DNA of 64,000 nucleotides from Thermoplasmatales archaeon SW_10_69_26. GTDB lineage: Archaea > Thermoplasmatota > SW-10-69-26. The stretch spans positions 850-64,849 of the forward strand of contig PXUB01000037.1 of the NCBI GenBank assembly GCA_003009755.1, in the 5' to 3' direction. Within the stretch, counting starts at the first letter, position 1. Every line of letters begins with the position of its first letter. Both the position numbers and the translations under genes were made by a program. This document shows, piece by piece, positions 61,112-64,000 of the stretch. Under the pieces are notes generated by a model, which saw only the letters and a program-made list of their open reading frames with translations, did no database searches and was not told where the DNA came from.

Positions 61112-62032
61112 ATGGCGGGTCCCCGATTCCCCAACCTCTTCATCGCCGGCGTCCCGAAGGCAGCCACGACGACCTGGTACCAGGCCCTCGACCACCACCC
61201 CGACGTCTTCATGTCCCCACGCAAGGAGATGCGCTACCTCGACCGAGACCTCACCTTCGACAACCGTGTCGAGACCGAGGACGCCTACCTGGCCCACTTC
61301 GCGGACGCAGAGGGCCAGGCACGGATCGGCGAAGCTTCCCCGTGGTACTTCTACAGCGACGAGGCCCCCCGTTCGATCCGCGACAACGCCGAGGACCCCC
61401 GCGTCCTCGTGTTCCTGCGGGACCCGGTCGAGCGCCTGTACTCCCTGCACGGCCAGATGGTCAACTCTGGGGCCGAGACGATCGGGAGCTTCCGCGAGGC
61501 CCTGGCCGCCCAACCCGATCGCGAACGCGGCCGCCGGTTGCCGGACCTGCTCGAACCGCGCGAAGGCCTTCGCTACTGGGACATCGCCCACTATGGTCCT
61601 CACGTCCGCCGCTACCTCGACACCTTCGACGACGAGGAACTGATGTTCGTCCGGTTCGACGACTTCACGACGGACCCCGAGGGCGTCTTCCGCGAGGTCT
61701 GCACGTTCCTGGGCGTCGACCCGAACGTCCGCCCGGCCATCCCCGCCTCCAACACCCACCGCGTGCTCCGGAGCCACCGCGTGCGCGATTTCCTCGCCGA
61801 TCCGCCCGAACCCGTGCGAGAGATCGCCCACCGCGTCCCCGGAGACTGGCCGACCCAAGCCCGCGACATCCTGTGGCAGCTCAACCTCAAACCCGCCGAA
61901 CGCGACCCGATGCCGGAGGACCTTTGCCGGACGCTGACCGAACATTGCCGCCCCGACATCGAAGACGTCGAGGACCTGCTCGGCTGGGACCTGTCCGATT
62001 GGAGGCGCCGGGACCCCCTCGAGGAGGCCTGA
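61112..62032 (+). CDS. PAPS-dependent sulfotransferase
   Basis: 5'-PSB G.PKAATT, KE..Y, GEASP.Y, 3'-PB RDPVERLYS and FLGVD motifs. Confidence 0.92.
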   Translation: MAGPRFPNLFIAGVPKAATTTWYQALDHHPDVFMSPRKEMRYLDRDLTFDNRVETEDAYLAHFADAEGQARIGEASPWYFYSDEAPRSIRDNAEDPRVLVFLRDPVERLYSLHGQMVNSGAETIGSFREALAAQPDRERGRRLPDLLEPREGLRYWDIAHYGPHVRRYLDTFDDEELMFVRFDDFTTDPEGVFREVCTFLGVDPNVRPAIPASNTHRVLRSHRVRDFLADPPEPVREIAHRVPGDWPTQARDILWQLNLKPAERDPMPEDLCRTLTEHCRPDIEDVEDLLGWDLSDWRRRDPLEEA

Positions 62033-62102
62033 AACCGGCAGGCTTACCAGACCGCGCACGCTCTTAGCCGCAAGCCCCCGCCGCGGGCCGCCTCACGCCG
62101 CC

Positions 62103-63056
62103 ATGCCCTCCCAGCCCCCGCCCGACCCCGACGACCGCTGGCCGAGTTTCTACCTCCTCGGCGCCGAGAAAGCCGGGACCACGTCCCTGTACCACTACCT
62201 CCGCCAACACCCCGACGTGTTCCTGCCCGAGGAGAAAGAGCCCGGGTTCTTCTCGCTGTACTGGGACATCGCCGTCGAACCCGCCAAGACGGTCGAACGC
62301 ACCTGGGGGTCCTTGGTCGACTTCGACCGCTTCGACGGGTTCGAGGACGCCCTCGCCGTCTACCGGTCCCTGTACCAGGGCGCCCCCGCCGACGCCGAAC
62401 GCGGCGACTGCACGGCCAGCTACCTCTGGCACCCCCGCACGCCCGAACGCATCGAGACGCTGACGCCCGAGGCTCGGTTCCTCGTCCTCGTGCGCGACCC
62501 CGTCGAGCGAGCCTTCAGCCACTACCTCATGGTCCGACGCGCCGGCGCCGAAGAGCGCGCGTTCCTCGACGCCCTCGAACGCGACCTCGAACGCGAGGGC
62601 ACCGAGGAAGCCCCGCACCGCTACCTCCTCAGCGGCCGCTACACGGAGCAGATCGAACGCTACACCGACCGCTTCGGGTCCGAGAACGTGCACGTCGTCT
62701 TCACCGAACGCATGGCCAAGTCCACCGACGCCGTGCTGCACGACGTGGCTCGGTTCCTCGGTCTCCCCACCCGACCGATCGATCGGATGGACACCGGGGA
62801 ACGTCACAACCCCTACCGCGAACCCGCCAACGCCCTCGCCGACTGGCTGCGCACCAACGACACGATCAAGAGCCTCGCCCAGGCGCTGCTCCCTAAGAGC
62901 GTGCGCGATGTGCTCGGCAACGAGGTCCTCATGCGAGCCGAGGACAGGCCGACGATGAGCGACGAGGCTCGCGCCTTCCTCGAGGACCACTACGCCGAGG
63001 AACCCGAGAGCCTCGAAGACCTGATCGGCAAGCGCCCACCCTGGTCGTGGGCCTGA
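62103..63056 (+). CDS. PAPS-dependent sulfotransferase
   Basis: GAEKAGTTSL..YL.QHP, KEP.FF and RDPVERAFSHY motifs. Confidence 0.92.
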   Translation: MPSQPPPDPDDRWPSFYLLGAEKAGTTSLYHYLRQHPDVFLPEEKEPGFFSLYWDIAVEPAKTVERTWGSLVDFDRFDGFEDALAVYRSLYQGAPADAERGDCTASYLWHPRTPERIETLTPEARFLVLVRDPVERAFSHYLMVRRAGAEERAFLDALERDLEREGTEEAPHRYLLSGRYTEQIERYTDRFGSENVHVVFTERMAKSTDAVLHDVARFLGLPTRPIDRMDTGERHNPYREPANALADWLRTNDTIKSLAQALLPKSVRDVLGNEVLMRAEDRPTMSDEARAFLEDHYAEEPESLEDLIGKRPPWSWA

Positions 63057-63111
63057 GGTCCGCCGACGGGGAACGAAGGAACCATATGCGTCACGCCGGC
63101 ATGCTGGCCGC

Positions 63112-64000
63112 GTGCGCGTCGGCACGTTCCTGCGGACCTGGTTCCGAGGCGGCGGCGTCTCCCGGCACACGCTGGAGCTCGTCGAACGCCTCACCGACGT
63201 AGAATGGGTCTGCTTCGGTCACGGCTTCGAGACCGAGGTCCCCACCCCCATCGAGGTCGCCGGCGTGCCTGGTCCCCCCGCCGTCAAGGACGTCGCCAAC
63301 CTCGCCCGCTCGCCGTGGCTGATCGACCAGCTGCGCGAGGATCACGATCTCGACCTCTTCCACGCGCAGGACACGAACACGCTGGGCCACGACATCGTGA
63401 CCGTGCACAGCTGCTTCCCCGCCTACGCCCACGCCGAGCTCTCGCAGCTGTACACGCTCGTCCACCCGATGTACCACAAGAACTTGGTCAGCCAGAAGCT
63501 CGTGCTCGAGAACACCGACGGCCTGATCGTCGCCGTCAGCGAGGACCTCCGCGAGGACCTGCTGGACTTCTACGACCTCGACCCCACCCAGGTTCGCGTC
63601 GTCTACAACGGCGTCGACTTGGAGGCCTTCCACCCCGACGTCGACGGCTCCCCCATCCGGCGAGAGCACGGGATCGACCCCGAGACCCCGCTGTTGTCGT
63701 TCGTCGGCCACGAGTACGAGCGCAAGGGCTTCGACGACATCCTGCAAGCCCTTACCCGGCTCCCCGACGAGGTCGAGCTGCTCACCGTCGGCGGTGGCGA
63801 CCACGAGCCCTGGAAAGCCCGGGCGCGCGAGCTCGGCGTGGCCGACCGCGTCACCTGGGCCGGGTACGTGCCCGACGAGCAACTGCCCGCCCACTACGCG
63901 GCCTCGGACGTGTTCGTCTTCCCCACCCGCTACGAGTCCTTCGGCCTCGTCGTGCTCGAAGCCATGGCCACCGGCACCCCGACCGTCGCCGGCGACTTGG
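63112..64000 (+). CDS. Glycosyltransferase family 4 (3'-partial; absent from the ORF track)
   Basis: From GTG 63112: GGGV, AVS...R, VVYNGVD, FVG....RKG and YESFGLVVLEAMATG. It runs off the window end. Confidence 0.9.
   Translation, partial: MRVGTFLRTWFRGGGVSRHTLELVERLTDVEWVCFGHGFETEVPTPIEVAGVPGPPAVKDVANLARSPWLIDQLREDHDLDLFHAQDTNTLGHDIVTVHSCFPAYAHAELSQLYTLVHPMYHKNLVSQKLVLENTDGLIVAVSEDLREDLLDFYDLDPTQVRVVYNGVDLEAFHPDVDGSPIRREHGIDPETPLLSFVGHEYERKGFDDILQALTRLPDEVELLTVGGGDHEPWKARARELGVADRVTWAGYVPDEQLPAHYAASDVFVFPTRYESFGLVVLEAMATGTPTVAGDL

Overview
This is a GC-rich archaeal chromosome segment with acidic proteins, consistent with a salt-in halophile. Gene content suggests a halophilic Thermoplasmatota-type lineage (inference). 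The housekeeping backbone includes deoxyhypusine synthase, an aminotransferase, an RNase Z-like hydrolase, METTL5-csl4-rpo11-truD, dnaK-dnaJ, acyl-CoA ligase, biotin carboxylase and carrier, nmd3, folD, aEF-1beta, a Liv-type ABC system, an M20 peptidase, two sulfotransferases and a GT4 glycosyltransferase. An accessory island at about 18-35 kb contains two direct-repeat IS6 ends, an IS110 fragment, an RHH/PIN toxin-antitoxin pair between duplicated promoters, and a broken sensor/wHTH gene. It also carries an operon of secreted proteins built from Gly/Asp-rich 'NGG..G.GLL.D..G.D.Y' repeats, one with a complete subtilisin inserted inside the repeat array. A MoxR-DUF58-large Ig-like protein operon with two ABC pairs follows. 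The other standout is a ~580-nt non-coding element (60181-60761) whose ends pair and whose interior is a dense series of hairpins, a candidate structured RNA or MITE. No tRNA, rRNA or CRISPR array was recognised. Start codons were chosen by eye.
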